Assembly: GCA_963818475.1 (NCBI GenBank) | Contig: CAWFSF010000002.1 | Coordinates: 768,001-832,000, forward strand | Direction of reading: 5' to 3' | From: Nitrospirota bacterium | GTDB lineage: Bacteria > Nitrospirota > UBA9217 | Length of the DNA stretch: 64,000 bases | Shown here: piece by piece, positions 31,503 to 43,232 of the stretch | Layout: every line of letters starts with the position of its first letter | Position numbering within the stretch: the stretch's first letter is position 1 | Program-made: the position numbers and the translations under genes | Notes under the pieces: model-generated | What the model was told of the DNA's origin: nothing | What the model saw: the letters and a program-made list of their open reading frames with translations, nothing else | Databases searched by the model: none

Positions 31503-33377
31503 ATGGATCAATACCAGGAATTTTCCATCGCGCCCGATGCGCAATCAATGCTGAAAAAGGCCCATGACGACGGCGTGGTGACCGCCTGGGACCGGGCCAG
31601 ATTGCAACAACCGCAGTGCCAGTTCTGTAAATCAGGGTTGTCATGCCGTGTATGCGCCATGGGTCCCTGCCGGATCGATCCCCACGGTAAAGGCGCGCAT
31701 TACGGCGTATGCGGAGCTGACGCCGATATCATTGCGGCGAGAAACCTGTCACGGATGGTTGCGGCCGGTTCCGCGTCCCATTCGGATCACGCCCGCGAGC
31801 TTGTCGAGGTGCTGTATAGCGTGGGCAAAGGCAAGGCAGCGGGATATGAGATAAAAGACCCGGAAAAGCTGAAGAGGGTAGCTACTGAATACGGCATTGC
31901 GATCAACGGTCTCAGCGACAAGGAGCTCGCGGTCAAGCTGGCGGAATCAATGATGGAAGATTTCGGGATGAAAAAAGGACGGGTGACCTTTGTCAGCAGG
32001 GCGCCGAAACAGCGAATCGAGCTCTGGGAAAAATTGAACGTCGTTCCGCGCGGGATAGACAGGGAGACCACTGAAACGATGCACCGCACACACATGGGCG
32101 TGGACAACGATTACGTCTCCCTGCTGCTTCACGCGGTGAGGAACAGTCTCTCCGACGGCTACGGGGGGTCGATGATCGGCACTGAATTGTCCGACATCCT
32201 CTTCGGGACGCCGAAACCCGGTCTTTCCACGGTCAACCTGGGGGTATTGAAAGAGGACCACGTCAACATCCTGGTTCATGGCCACAACCCCGTCGTGTCC
32301 GAGATGATCGGGCTGGCGGTCGAAGACGGCGAAATGATCAAACTTGCGCAGTCGAAAGGCGCAAAGGGCATCAACCTCGCCGGTTTGTGCTGTACCGGCA
32401 GCGAACTCATGATGCGCAAAAAGATACCGATGGCCGGCAATCATCTCATGACCGAACTGACGATCGTCACCGGCGCCGTTGAAGCTGTCATCGTGGATTA
32501 CCAGTGCGTCATGCCTGCCCTCGGGCAGGTGGCGCAGTGTTATCACACAAAGCTGTATTCCACATCTAACAAGGCAAAATTTCCTTTTATGGAACACGTT
32601 GAATTCAACCCTGAGAACGCAAAGGAACAGGCCTTCAAAGTGGTACGGGCATCGATAGAAAACTATGTCCGCAGAAACAAGGACAGGGTATCCATCCCCG
32701 TCTCTCCGGTCAAGACTATGAGCGGATTTTCCGTGGAGTCTATTGTGGGGGCGCTGGGCGGTAGCCTCACGCCTCTGATCGACGCGATCAAGGCCGGGAA
32801 AATAAAAGGTGCCGTAGGTGTGGTCGGATGCAACAACCCGAAAATAAGACAGGATTACGGTCACGTAGGGCTGATCAAACGCCTCATAGCGAACGACATC
32901 CTTGTTCTCACCACGGGATGCGCGAATGTGGCTGCGGGAAAGGCCGGTTTGCAGCTGCCGCAGGCAGCTAAATGGGCCGGTCCCGGCCTGAAAGAGATCT
33001 GCGGCCTTCTCAATATACCTCCCTCACTTCATGTCGGCTCCTGTGTAGATAATTCAAGGATTGTCGTTATCGCCTGCGCATTGGCCAACGCACTCGGCGT
33101 TGACATCGATAAACTGCCCCTCGCCGGTGCGGCCCCGGAGTGGTATTCTGAAAAGGCCGTTGCCATTGCCTTCTATGTTATGGCCAGCGGGATTTATACC
33201 GTTCTCGGGGTAATGCCGCCTATCGGTGGAAGCACGAATGTAACGAAGCTCGCAACGTCCGGGCTGAAGGATGTCTTCGGCGCCAGCTTTGCTGTAGAAG
33301 CCAACCCCGACAGAGCAGCTGATCTTATCATTGCCCACATTACCGAGAAGAGAAAGGGATTGGGTTTGAGTGCTTAG
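31503..33377 (+). CDS. cooS: Anaerobic Ni-Fe carbon monoxide dehydrogenase catalytic subunit
   Basis: CQFCKSGLSCRVCAMGPC, HSDH, HGHNP, GLCCTG, DYQC, VGCNN, TGCA, GSCVDNSR, EWYSEKA. Confidence 0.95.
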   Translation: MDQYQEFSIAPDAQSMLKKAHDDGVVTAWDRARLQQPQCQFCKSGLSCRVCAMGPCRIDPHGKGAHYGVCGADADIIAARNLSRMVAAGSASHSDHARELVEVLYSVGKGKAAGYEIKDPEKLKRVATEYGIAINGLSDKELAVKLAESMMEDFGMKKGRVTFVSRAPKQRIELWEKLNVVPRGIDRETTETMHRTHMGVDNDYVSLLLHAVRNSLSDGYGGSMIGTELSDILFGTPKPGLSTVNLGVLKEDHVNILVHGHNPVVSEMIGLAVEDGEMIKLAQSKGAKGINLAGLCCTGSELMMRKKIPMAGNHLMTELTIVTGAVEAVIVDYQCVMPALGQVAQCYHTKLYSTSNKAKFPFMEHVEFNPENAKEQAFKVVRASIENYVRRNKDRVSIPVSPVKTMSGFSVESIVGALGGSLTPLIDAIKAGKIKGAVGVVGCNNPKIRQDYGHVGLIKRLIANDILVLTTGCANVAAGKAGLQLPQAAKWAGPGLKEICGLLNIPPSLHVGSCVDNSRIVVIACALANALGVDIDKLPLAGAAPEWYSEKAVAIAFYVMASGIYTVLGVMPPIGGSTNVTKLATSGLKDVFGASFAVEANPDRAADLIIAHITEKRKGLGLSA

Positions 33378-33631
33378 AATAAGTTTTAGACGGCAATGGC
33401 CCCGACGACTCCGCACTTCGCTGGTACGATCTCTTGTGGCTGGAATTAAATATCCTCTGGGACGTGGAAAAGATATGTACGAAGGGAGTATTTTAATTAA
33501 ACAACTCTGACCCTTTGTCGCTCCGGAGCGTACCGGCCAAGGGGTACTAAAGTGCTAATAAGGTGGTTGTTTTTCGTTTCCCTACATCTTTTTAATATCA
33601 CCGCTTGACAAGGTGTGGTATATAATAATTA

Positions 33632-33930
33632 GGCGTTGCCGGACCGACACTGAGAAGTGTCAAACGTATCATTAACTTCCGTTGAGGGTCTTAAGCGCCA
33701 ACCGGGCGTGATCCGGAATCGGCAAACAGCAGTCCGTAAGGGCTGTTAACCCGCCGGTTTGCAGATCACCAAAGGCTGGAAAGCGGAAAGCCCCTGAGGC
33801 TGAAGGAGAATTCGGCGAAGGAAACGAATTGCTTCAGGATTGGCGAGAGCTGATCCCAGAGTGATCGTGGATCTTCCCGAATATCCCGAGGTTCAACGGA
33901 ATGATTAAGATGCGGGTCTAAAGCAACGCC
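33632..33930 (+). ncRNA. Putative ~300-nt structured RNA of unknown family
   Basis: ORF-free; 5'/3' ends pair (GGCGTTGC/GCAACGCC); many nested helices and GNRA loops; TATAAT at 33621-33626 and a terminator downstream. Confidence 0.7.
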
Positions 33931-33958
33931 GTAATTTATCGTCAAATATGAAAGTATG

Positions 33959-33996
33959 AAAGCCGGCAGGGGTTAGATGTTCCTGCCGGCTTTTTT
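33959..33996 (+). terminator. Rho-independent terminator
   Basis: AAAGCCGGCAGG...CCTGCCGGCTTTTTT. Confidence 0.85.
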
Positions 33997-34650
33997 CGTT
34001 CCCTCATCAGAGAAACCCTTCTCGACCACATCATGAGCCTGGCAAGTTCAGGAAGACAATCGTAACTGCGGAACGGTTGCAATCACCTCCCCCTCATGAG
34101 GTTTCAACAACTGGCAATTTGATTCATAAGAATGCAATAACTTCTATTTCTCAAAGTTGAAGCACGGATCGATCCCGGGGAAGTGCTAATATAAGAGCAG
34201 ATACCATGACAACAGTCAAATTCGTAACCGAATTGGCCACTAATTGCATGTGGCACTACAAAGGGGGATTGCTCACGACTAGAAGAAAATAGGTGAACTG
34301 GTCCCTCCAGTCGATCGGCAAGGGGAATACCGTAATGTCGTTCCCTTGGGTGCAAAGTTCGTGAAAGGACCCATTCGGCAGCGGTATATCGAGAAATTCG
34401 CAACCAATAATGTGGCCAACTTGGAGGCCATCGAGCAGTTCAACTTCGTCGCAGGGATATCGATAAAGATGTCGGCCGGATTCGTCCAGGGGGCAACTGA
34501 TAGTGAAAGCGTTACGCAACGGGTGCAACAACGTCACCCGGGTGCCTCAACATTGTTCAGGCATGCAACTTTCCCATAAATGAAGAATCATAAAAAAAAG
34601 ACGGACGCGGGAAACAAACGATACAGAGGCAAGGGAGGGAGGATCTTTAA

Positions 34651-35358
34651 ATGAAAATAAAAATTTTAACAAGTATCTTAACTGTGTGCATTTCCAGTGG
34701 CTGTATGGTAACGCACAGCGAAGTACAACACTTTCGGACAGACTACGACCCGCCTAATTATTTTCGCCTATCTATAGAGAGCACAGGCTTTCTTTCAAGA
34801 GCCAAGTACTCATCAGGCTTCTATGATGAAAAAGCTTTGGATATCTTTCTCAACGAGTTTGGCAGTAAGGATTACGCGAAATCCGGCCAAGTGAGCTCTA
34901 TATCCCAATCTGATGAAAAAACAATGTTCGACAAGAGCACCGCAGAAACTACCAGCAAAGACGGCCATGTGCAACTAAAACCGCTGAGTTCGAATGGTGT
35001 TTATGCCTACATTTTCAGCACAAATGCTGATGATATCGCGAGGACTATCGGTGCGTTCGCTGAAAATCAAGTTGTCGCCGACTATATCAGCGCCCTGATA
35101 AATAAGGAAAAGTTAACAGCGCTCGATGACAAGGAGAAAACGCTGAATCAGAAGGCGGGTGCCATAGCGTCCATTCGTATGGAGTTAGAAGGTCTGATAA
35201 GCCAAGTCCCAGACCAACCCGGCAATGACGCGCAACCTGATTTAAGTAGCTATATCTATCTACTTACCGCCATCGCACGAGGCGTCGATTTACAAGCTAG
35301 TTTCAAAAATCTGGACGAAGCCAAAGCCTTCTTTGACGCATTGCCATCGAAACCATAG
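34651..35358 (+). CDS. Lipoprotein of unknown function
   Basis: Lipobox ISSGC; GGAGG RBS. Confidence 0.75.
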   Translation: MKIKILTSILTVCISSGCMVTHSEVQHFRTDYDPPNYFRLSIESTGFLSRAKYSSGFYDEKALDIFLNEFGSKDYAKSGQVSSISQSDEKTMFDKSTAETTSKDGHVQLKPLSSNGVYAYIFSTNADDIARTIGAFAENQVVADYISALINKEKLTALDDKEKTLNQKAGAIASIRMELEGLISQVPDQPGNDAQPDLSSYIYLLTAIARGVDLQASFKNLDEAKAFFDALPSKP

Positions 35359-35369
35359 GAGACTCGAAA

Positions 35370-36556
35370 ATGCTGAGACATCTTATCTTCGCGTTATCAG
35401 GCATCTTGGTTTTATTAGCAGGATGCGGTTCTATTATAACAAATGTTTCCGTTTTGAAACCATCATATCTAGATGGTATCAAAATGGAGCAAATGAAGTA
35501 CGCTGAATTGCGTGCTGCCTACGAACAGGATCAAACTTTTATTGAAAATCGATACAAAGCCGATATCGAAAAGCTTGACGAAACCTATAGACGATTGGCG
35601 AATGAGTACGGCAAGAAGGCTGCAACCTTGAAAACTGATGATCCAAGCCGTACTACTTTGACAATCGCTTCTCAAAGGTGGTTAGACGAGGCTGGGTCAG
35701 AAGGAGAATTTAATAAAATTCTACAAAACCGCATTCAAAAAATTATCGAGTGGAATGAAAAAACACGCATTGAGGTATCGAGAGAAGCCAATTACATTAG
35801 TGTCCTAAGAGGTGATGCGCCGATACCAAGCAAAGTAGTCACTATTTTGAACAACCAACGATTCGAGAGAGAATCCCTGGGCAGCCTTATTGAAGGTCAA
35901 AGAAAGAATTTAAACAAGGCGTTGCGAGCAGATGAAAATTTAAACGTTAAGGAAAAAAAACAGAGCAGTCAGAGAGATTGATAAACGCTTCTCTAGTATG
36001 GAACAGACGACGCTTCTGACTTTAGGAGGGTGGAAGGCAATACATGAGGATCCGGTTGCTTACTCTGTTGCATCAGCAAAAGAAGAAATGTGGGCGATAC
36101 GCTATAACGACGTCAAAGGATTCGGATTGTTTGGAAATACCGATTTCATAATAGTGCTGGATAAACGAGGCAATTTTCGAATGAAGGGAATCTCGTTCGA
36201 TCCCAGCAAAGTAGCCGAGATGGCGTCAAAAGTCACTACGCAAGCATTGATAGCAGCAGTATCGATCTCAGGCGTACCGGTCCCCAAGGGTTGCTGCGAA
36301 TTCAAACTCCGGAGAGAAACAAGCGATGGCGAATAGTAATGACGCTCTTTTAGCGAAACAGAATGCTTTGAACACTATCGAGAATCAATATGTAAACTAC
36401 CGACGCGCTCTGATTGACATCGCAAAATCGATCGTTGAGAAAAAAGACGATCTGAATGACAAAGCAAAGTATGCAGCCGCCACCACTGCTATCAAACAAA
36501 CATTTAATGCCCATAAAACTCGACTGACGTTATCACAGGAGAGCAATAATCAGTAA
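35370..36556 (+). CDS. Lipoprotein of unknown function (frameshifted; three ORF pieces)
   Basis: Lipobox LLAGC; contiguous ORFs 35370-35981, 35998-36336 and 36326-36556. Confidence 0.6.
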
Positions 36557-36593
36557 GCAGTAAAAACATATTATTTTATGAGGAGAAAACACC

Positions 36594-36786
36594 ATGTCTT
36601 TTACAAATGGAGATATTGTTAAAATGAAAGGAGCAGGCGCGGGCGGCAAGGTAGGAAGGATATGTTCGGTCGAGCCGGAGGATACTGGGTCTATTTTCGA
36701 GGATTGGTTGTCGTTATGTTCCCTTGGCCTCCCTGGAACATGCTGCTGGTCAGGCGCCACAATGTCCGAATAATTGTCCTCCTTAG
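36594..36786 (+). CDS. Small Cys-containing SH3/KOW-like protein
   Basis: GAGGAG RBS; MSFTNGDIVKMKG...VGRICSVEP; in-frame stop at 36773, or 36786 if frameshifted. Confidence 0.5.
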
Positions 36787-37103
36787 GATAAGTAACGGAA
36801 TAGTCGAAAGAAGGAAAAATGGCAGCCCGCTTTCCGATGTTATTCCAGAGGATGCGGCAGAGAGTAAAGATAAAGAGGCTTGAACATGACACGATCGAGT
36901 CTTTCAGTGAAATTAGTATCAAAAGGAAAAAGCAACGAGATATAGGGACAAATTTAAGTCATACTTGGAGGGCTTAGATATTTCTTAATCAAGCTATGCT
37001 GTTCCGACATGTGGACTGAGCTTGACAGGCTCAAGCTATCTATCCCTAACGGACACAGTTTATCAGTATTGTGCCTCATGCAGTTTTTTAATAGGAGCTC
37101 CAA

Positions 37104-39590
37104 ATGAGAAATAGATCGAATATAGTGATATTCCTCGTAACGGTAAGCTTGACTATACTCCTTGTTGTACCCTATGCACCAGCTGCTAAACAGCCATCTG
37201 CCCCGATCACTGAACAAGCGGCCTGTTCTCAGGCGGAGGCATATCTAAAAGACGGCGCCCTCGATCTCGCTGAAAATAAATACACGGAAGTCCTTAACAA
37301 AAAAACTAAATCTGAATGTGCCTTGGCCGGTTTGCGTAGCGTTGCTGAGAAAAAGTGTGATGTAGCGATGCAGCTGGCATCCGCTGGCGACCTTGAAGGC
37401 GCAAAAAATCTATTTTCAAAAATGCTCAACTTATATCCGGATATGTACTGCGCTGCCGCCGGACTCGAATGGATCCTGAATAGGGAGATTGAAGGCCTGA
37501 TCAAGATTGGGAACTATGATGAGGCCTGGAAAAGGATTAGTTCTGCTAGAGCGGTAAATCCGAAGAATGTTGAGTTGAAGAACTTGTCCAAAGGTTTGCC
37601 GATTATGTCCCGCCGTTTCTATATTCTGCTGAAAGAGGCTTTGAAATGGTTAGCGATAGTATTCATATTGACGTTGGTGGTTTGGCTAGTTCCCTGGTGG
37701 TTAGGCATTTTATTTAAGATGAAAATCGATGTTGGCGAATTTACGCTGGGGTCTGCTCTGTTGAAAAAGGATGCAAACGCAAGTCCAGACCCGAATAAGG
37801 CTCTTCCGGCAATATTTGAAGAAAAGTTGTCTGGACTCTGCAAAGCGTGCAGGCTTAATAATCCTGACATGATCGATGGGCCCCTTCAGATACCTCAGCT
37901 ACCAGGCGATTTTTCATCTATGCCAAAAGAAGCAAGTGACTTATGGAATTTTATTACGAAGTTTATCCCAGACAATGCGTTGACTATAAAAGGAAGCTTG
38001 GAGTACGAAGAAATAGAAGGGGCTGGTCTTTATGTCAAGCTCATCCACAGCAAAGGAAACTCGTTATGGGCGTCCTTCACCGTTTGGCAAAGTGACGTTG
38101 ATCCAGAGTTCAAGGTTGGAGCTGGGGACCCTGGTTTAAATGATTACATGCGGCTGGTTAAACCTGCTGCCGCAAGGGCGTATTGGACGATATATAAAAA
38201 GCATAGAATAACGTTTCGCGATGTGCGTGGCGCCTTCAAGTATATAGAGCCGGGTGATTTGATCCACATCCGTAAGTTGCTTGAAAGAATGAAGCTTATT
38301 ACTTTACATAACGTATTCGGAACGGAAGAGGTAGAGAGCCATATTTACACTCAAATTGCATTGCGCCAAAAGTCGACAAATATTGACTTAATGAAGAAAA
38401 CACTAATTAGAGCTCTGACCCACGATTACAAGAATTACCTTGCCAGGTTTACTTTGGCAACGATTGAAGTCAGCGAGGCTGACAAGTGCATCCGTCAAGA
38501 AATGGATCAGCTAAAGATTCCAGATGCAAAAAAAGAATACGAGAATGCCGTATGGAATTTTGAACACGTTAAAAGGCAGACGGGCAAAGACCAGCAGAAC
38601 AAGGCTCATTTCTTAGCAAATTATTGGTTGGGAGTCATTGAACTCTATAAGTATGGTGTCACAAAAGAAACACAAGGAAACCTTGCTCGTGCGGAGGAAT
38701 TGTTAAGACAAGCCGTTAATGGTGCAAAGGAAGCACATAGGAAGAATAAATGCGCAATAACTGATGAGTTGTTAATTATGCTAGAAATTCCTTATCTGGG
38801 CGCCCAAGCATTGAATTTGGTTGCCAGAGTGCATACTAATCCTAAAAAATACAAACCTAAAATGAATATAATTTTGGACAAGATAGAAAATATTGAAAAT
38901 CACCACTACGCCTCATCTCGCATTCTATACAACCTAGCGTGTTTTAAGAGCAGATCGGTCCAGTATCAAATATATGCAGGAGACCCTTCGGACCGGGAGC
39001 TGGTGGAAAATGCAGTGTCCCACTTGAAGAAAGTCCTCAAAGTAGACCCTTACCGTTATAAAAATATGATCATGACGGATCCTGCGCTTAGGACATTGCG
39101 AGACAATAAAGAGAAAGGGAAAGAGTTGCTAGATATGTTGAAAGATATAGCTCCCGAACCATCTGCCCCTGTTAAGCCTAAGTCATCTTCTATCGCTGAT
39201 CTTGTAGGAGGCGAAGCGCGGCGATCCTGCAGAAGGCCAACATACAGTTGTCAGAAGACTTGTTGAGAGAAACAAGAAAACATGCGTCCAGAGAGCATTT
39301 GGCCAAGCAATGCTATTTGAACGAGAAACAACTATTACAGTGGGCAAGAGTTGTAGAGTTAACGCGTATCAAAGGGATTGATATTGGTGTCGCTGCTCTA
39401 TTTTATGCGGTCGGGATAGAATCAATTGATGAGCTTAAGCGCTTCAGAGAAGAAAGAACGAGAGTTGCTGTGTGAACTCAAGAATGCGAAAGAAACGCGA
39501 CAAATAGTTGTAACGTTGCCTGAAAGTGACAAGCTTGCACGGTGGATAGAGGAGGCAGTGCACATGACGTCGTTGGTTGAGCTGTCATGA
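37104..39590 (+). CDS. Membrane-anchored TPR protein with C-terminal DUF4332-like domain (frameshifted)
   Basis: Signal peptide, TPRs, TM segment, YNLAC; C-terminal LLQWARVVELTRIKGI..AALFYAVGIESIDEL. Confidence 0.65.
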
Positions 39591-41443
39591 ATATCATTGG
39601 GATCAAGGGGGTATCGCATAAAACTCTTGCCGCTTGATAAACTCGGTACTCGGGAGACGTCGCCCGGAGTGATTGACTTCGGGCTCTTCCTGCCCTGGGT
39701 CTCGGCGCAGGAGTTCCTCCAGGAGATCCAACCGCTCCTGTTCGAGCTCTCCCACTCGCCTGATCCCGATTACCATGATTACTGGTCAGGAAAAGTCACC
39801 ATCGACCCGGGCGGAAGACCTCATCCGAAGTCCGCCTGGGGCGATCCGGGCAGATATGTCTACCGGTATGTGCTCCAGAATCCGAATAGTCCCGAACTTA
39901 TCGATTGGATCATAGACCCCTTTGCCAGGGAGTTCGGGGTGGGCAAGCTGTCTGCCTTTACGCTGGGGTACGATAAGTTTGAGAAGTACAAATGGAGTGA
40001 TCAGGAACAGGTATGGAAGACGCCTGCACTCGAAGATCTTGTCTTGTATGAACTCATGATCAACGAGTTCGGCGGGGACATCGACGGCACGATCGCCCGT
40101 CTCGATTATCTCGCTGACCTGGGGATCAACTGCATCGAGATCATGCCGGTGTCGAACGTTTCCAATACCGTGGATTGGGGATTCCTGCCCATCGGGTACT
40201 TCGGCGTTGATGAGCGTTTCGGTAAACGGAAAGATCTCCAGAAACTAGTCGATGCGGCCCACCAGCGTGGCATTGCAGTGATCCTCGATGCAGTATATGG
40301 CCACACGAGTGAAAATTTCCCCTTTTGTTACGTCTATCAGAAGCTGGCATATCATGAGAACCCTTTCATGGGCCCTTTTGCCAAAGACTACTTCGGTGTG
40401 AGTACAGATTTCAACCGGGCGTTCACGCGCGACTTTTTCTTTACCGTGAATCATCATTGGCTCGATTGCTATCATGTGGACGGGTTCCGCTACGACTGTG
40501 TACCCAATTACTGGGACGGCCCGCTGGGGAACGGCTATGCCGCTCTGATCTACCATACCTATCAGACCGTAAAGGCAAATCGGACGAGTCAATCCATTGG
40601 CAGCGCTTCTTCGAGAGCGGCATCATAAATCTCATCCAGTGCGCCGAGCAGCTCGAAGGCCGGGACATTTTGGATAAAAGCTACAGCACCTGCACCTGGC
40701 AGAACGAGACGCTGGATGCCGCTCAAGGAGTGGCACAGGGGAACCATGACGAGATTGTGAATCTCGGTTTAAGGCTCGGTCTCTTGGGCTACCCCGGGGC
40801 CATCACGTGCAACGTGGATACGATCAAAAAAACCGCGCTCCAGTACATTGAAAACCACGATCACTCCCGATTCGTCTGCAATTTCAGCATCACCGGCAGT
40901 GACAATGAACTTCTCTGCGAGGGAAACCGGGCACTGTGGTATAAGGTCCAGCCTTATCTGATAGGCATGCTGACTGCCCGGGCATTCCCATGCTCTGGCA
41001 AGGACAGGAGTTTGGCGAAAACTATTACATTCCGGAACAGGGAATGGGCCGGGTCGCGCTCTCAGGCCGGAGCGCTGGGACTACTTCTACGATGCGATCG
41101 GCAAACAGACGATTGGCCTCGTTCGCGAACTCATCAAACTGCGCCGAGGTCTTCCGCAGCTTCGCACCGGAGACCACTTCTTTTACAACCACGATGATCG
41201 CTACCAGTCAAAGAAGGTACTGCTCTTTTCCCGTTCCTCCGGCAGGAACTTCACCCTGGTTGCGCTGAACTTTGGCGACAGGATCAGCGGATCTCTTTAC
41301 CTTTCCCGCAAGCGGGGTATTATGAGGAAGAACTTCACGGTAAGGAAGATGACCGTCTCAACCTGAAAGAAATCGTGACCGGTGCAGACACGTGGCTTCT
41401 CATCCCGAGCAACTACGGACGGGATTGGTCGCTTGCGTCATGA
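39587..41443 (+). CDS. GH13 alpha-amylase family (branching enzyme/trehalohydrolase-like), frameshifted
   Basis: LDYLADLGINCIEIMPV, WG, ILDAVYGH, HVDGFRYD, ENHD, PMLWQGQE. Confidence 0.85.
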
Positions 41444-41590
41444 GTTCGGAGCGGATCGCCGTCTACCACGAATCAAGGTTGAATCTGATATAATCAAACA
41501 TAAGTACGACAGGAGCGGTCGGGAAGCGGGATGGAACCATGATCTGCAGAAGCAGAGCGGCATTTTGATGCATTTTGAGGAGATCCTGTC

Positions 41591-42444
41591 ATGAGTTCTG
41601 CACAATTTTGTCCGATATCCATACTTGACAGGCTGCTGTTGGCCACGGACCGGTCCGCATTCAGCGAAGGAGCGGTGAGAGAAGCAATAGACTTTGCGCA
41701 AAGAGGTGTTCAAGCTGGCTCTACGTAATGGCTGTTATGGAATCAAACCCTGAATACGAGACCATCGGGGCCAGTGTTTTTGAAAAAGAGGAAAAAGAGG
41801 CATTGGCATACCTTGAAGCCGTAAAAACACGGGCTGTACACGAAGGGGTATCCTGTTCTACCATTTTACGCGAGGGGGTGACACCACATCAACTGATCAC
41901 CGATGAGGCTGTCGAGAAAAAGGTCGACATGATCGTCATCGGCAGGCGCGGCCGCAGCGGCTTGATGAAGGTGTTGATGGGCAGTGTGGCTGCAAAAGTC
42001 ATCGGTCATGCGCCCTGCAAGGTCCTCGTCGTTCCCCGGGCCGCACGGATCGAATGCAGGAATATATTGGTTGCCACGGACGGCTCAGCGCACAGTATCG
42101 CCGCGGCCGCGGAAGCGATCGGGATCGCAAAACGCTGCGGAGGCAATATTATCGCTCTGTCCACCATGTACGTTCAAGAAGGTTTCGAAGAAGCAAAGGG
42201 CAAATGTCGGCGCCGTCGGTTGGGATCGGCCCGGAAGGAGGGCATTCCCGTGGAGGCATCGACCCCGGCAGGCAGGTCTCACGAGGTGGTCGTCGAAACC
42301 GCGGGCGGCAGGGGCGTTGATTTGATCGTCATGGGGGCCTACGGGAAAACAGGACTCAAGAAAATTCTCATGGGAAGCTCAACGGAAAAGGTCATCGGCC
42401 ATGCGAATTGCGCCGTTCTGGTTGTCAGGGCGCCGTGTCCTTGA
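41591..42444 (+). CDS. Tandem universal stress protein (frameshifted)
   Basis: Two Usp domains (MGSVAAKVIGHAPC; MGSSTEKVIGHANC). Confidence 0.85.
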
Positions 42445-42618
42445 TAAGTAAAAAGTGGAGAAGACCGTTTTTGCGAGCGTACGGCATCGATCTGGTTGAT
42501 TCGTAGCTGTCTGATAAATCGGATTCCGTTTCGCTCCACTCTTCGCAAGGACAGCTGTGGGACTTCTTATGAGACCATCATGAATAGTGAAAAGTAAAAC
42601 CTTTTCACTTTTTACGTT

Positions 42619-43155
42619 TCACCCTTCAATTAAGGAACGGACATGGCCGGCGATATCCCGCAGGAGCGTGTCCCGGTTCCTCTCCGTGACCTCGAACAGA
42701 AGAATGCCCGGACGGCGTTTCACTTCATCGATAAAGCCGCCGGCCTTCAGGGCAATGGTCGCAATGACTGGAGCAGGCGCATCGAGCAGCGAGGTGACAA
42801 GGTCGCGGAATTTTGCGGAGAGGCACTCCATCTTGCCGATCTCATCGATGATGACAAGCCGTGACGAGAGGTCAGGCAGCGGCAGCGCTCCGAGAAACCG
42901 CTCAAATCCAACTAGATCAACGCCGTATTTGCCGACCCGGTGCTCCTTGATCTCCACATGCGCAAGTATGCCCGTTCTTTTGAGGTCGAGGCTCGTGAGC
43001 CGGAAGCCTGTTCTCGCGGCCTGCGACCGCATCTCATCGGTGGTGAATCCTGCGGGTTCGTATTCCCGAAGCTCATCCGCAAGCTTCTTTATGATCGTGG
43101 TCTTACCGCTTCCCGGCAGGCCCGTAATAAGAATGTTCTTCGCTATGCTTGCCAT
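42619..43155 (-). CDS. NTPase (THEP1/NTPase_1 family)
   Basis: ITGLPGSGKTT, VGKYGV, IIDEIGKME. Confidence 0.9.
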   Translation of the reverse strand: MASIAKNILITGLPGSGKTTIIKKLADELREYEPAGFTTDEMRSQAARTGFRLTSLDLKRTGILAHVEIKEHRVGKYGVDLVGFERFLGALPLPDLSSRLVIIDEIGKMECLSAKFRDLVTSLLDAPAPVIATIALKAGGFIDEVKRRPGILLFEVTERNRDTLLRDIAGHVRSLIEG

Positions 43156-43232
43156 GGTTATTTTTTGTACATCCCATCAGAATAAAGATGCCCATTAACT
43201 TGTTATCTCCCCCCATACACACCTGCGCACTT

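Noticed and set aside
33605-33626. TTGACA and TATAAT as a canonical -35/-10 pair
   Set aside because: Spacing is only 10 bp; only the -10/extended -10 is used as evidence
33632-33930. RNase P, SRP, tmRNA, 6S or HEARO identity for the structured RNA
   Set aside because: Conserved signature sequences are not visible and there is no adjacent IscB/TnpB or RT gene
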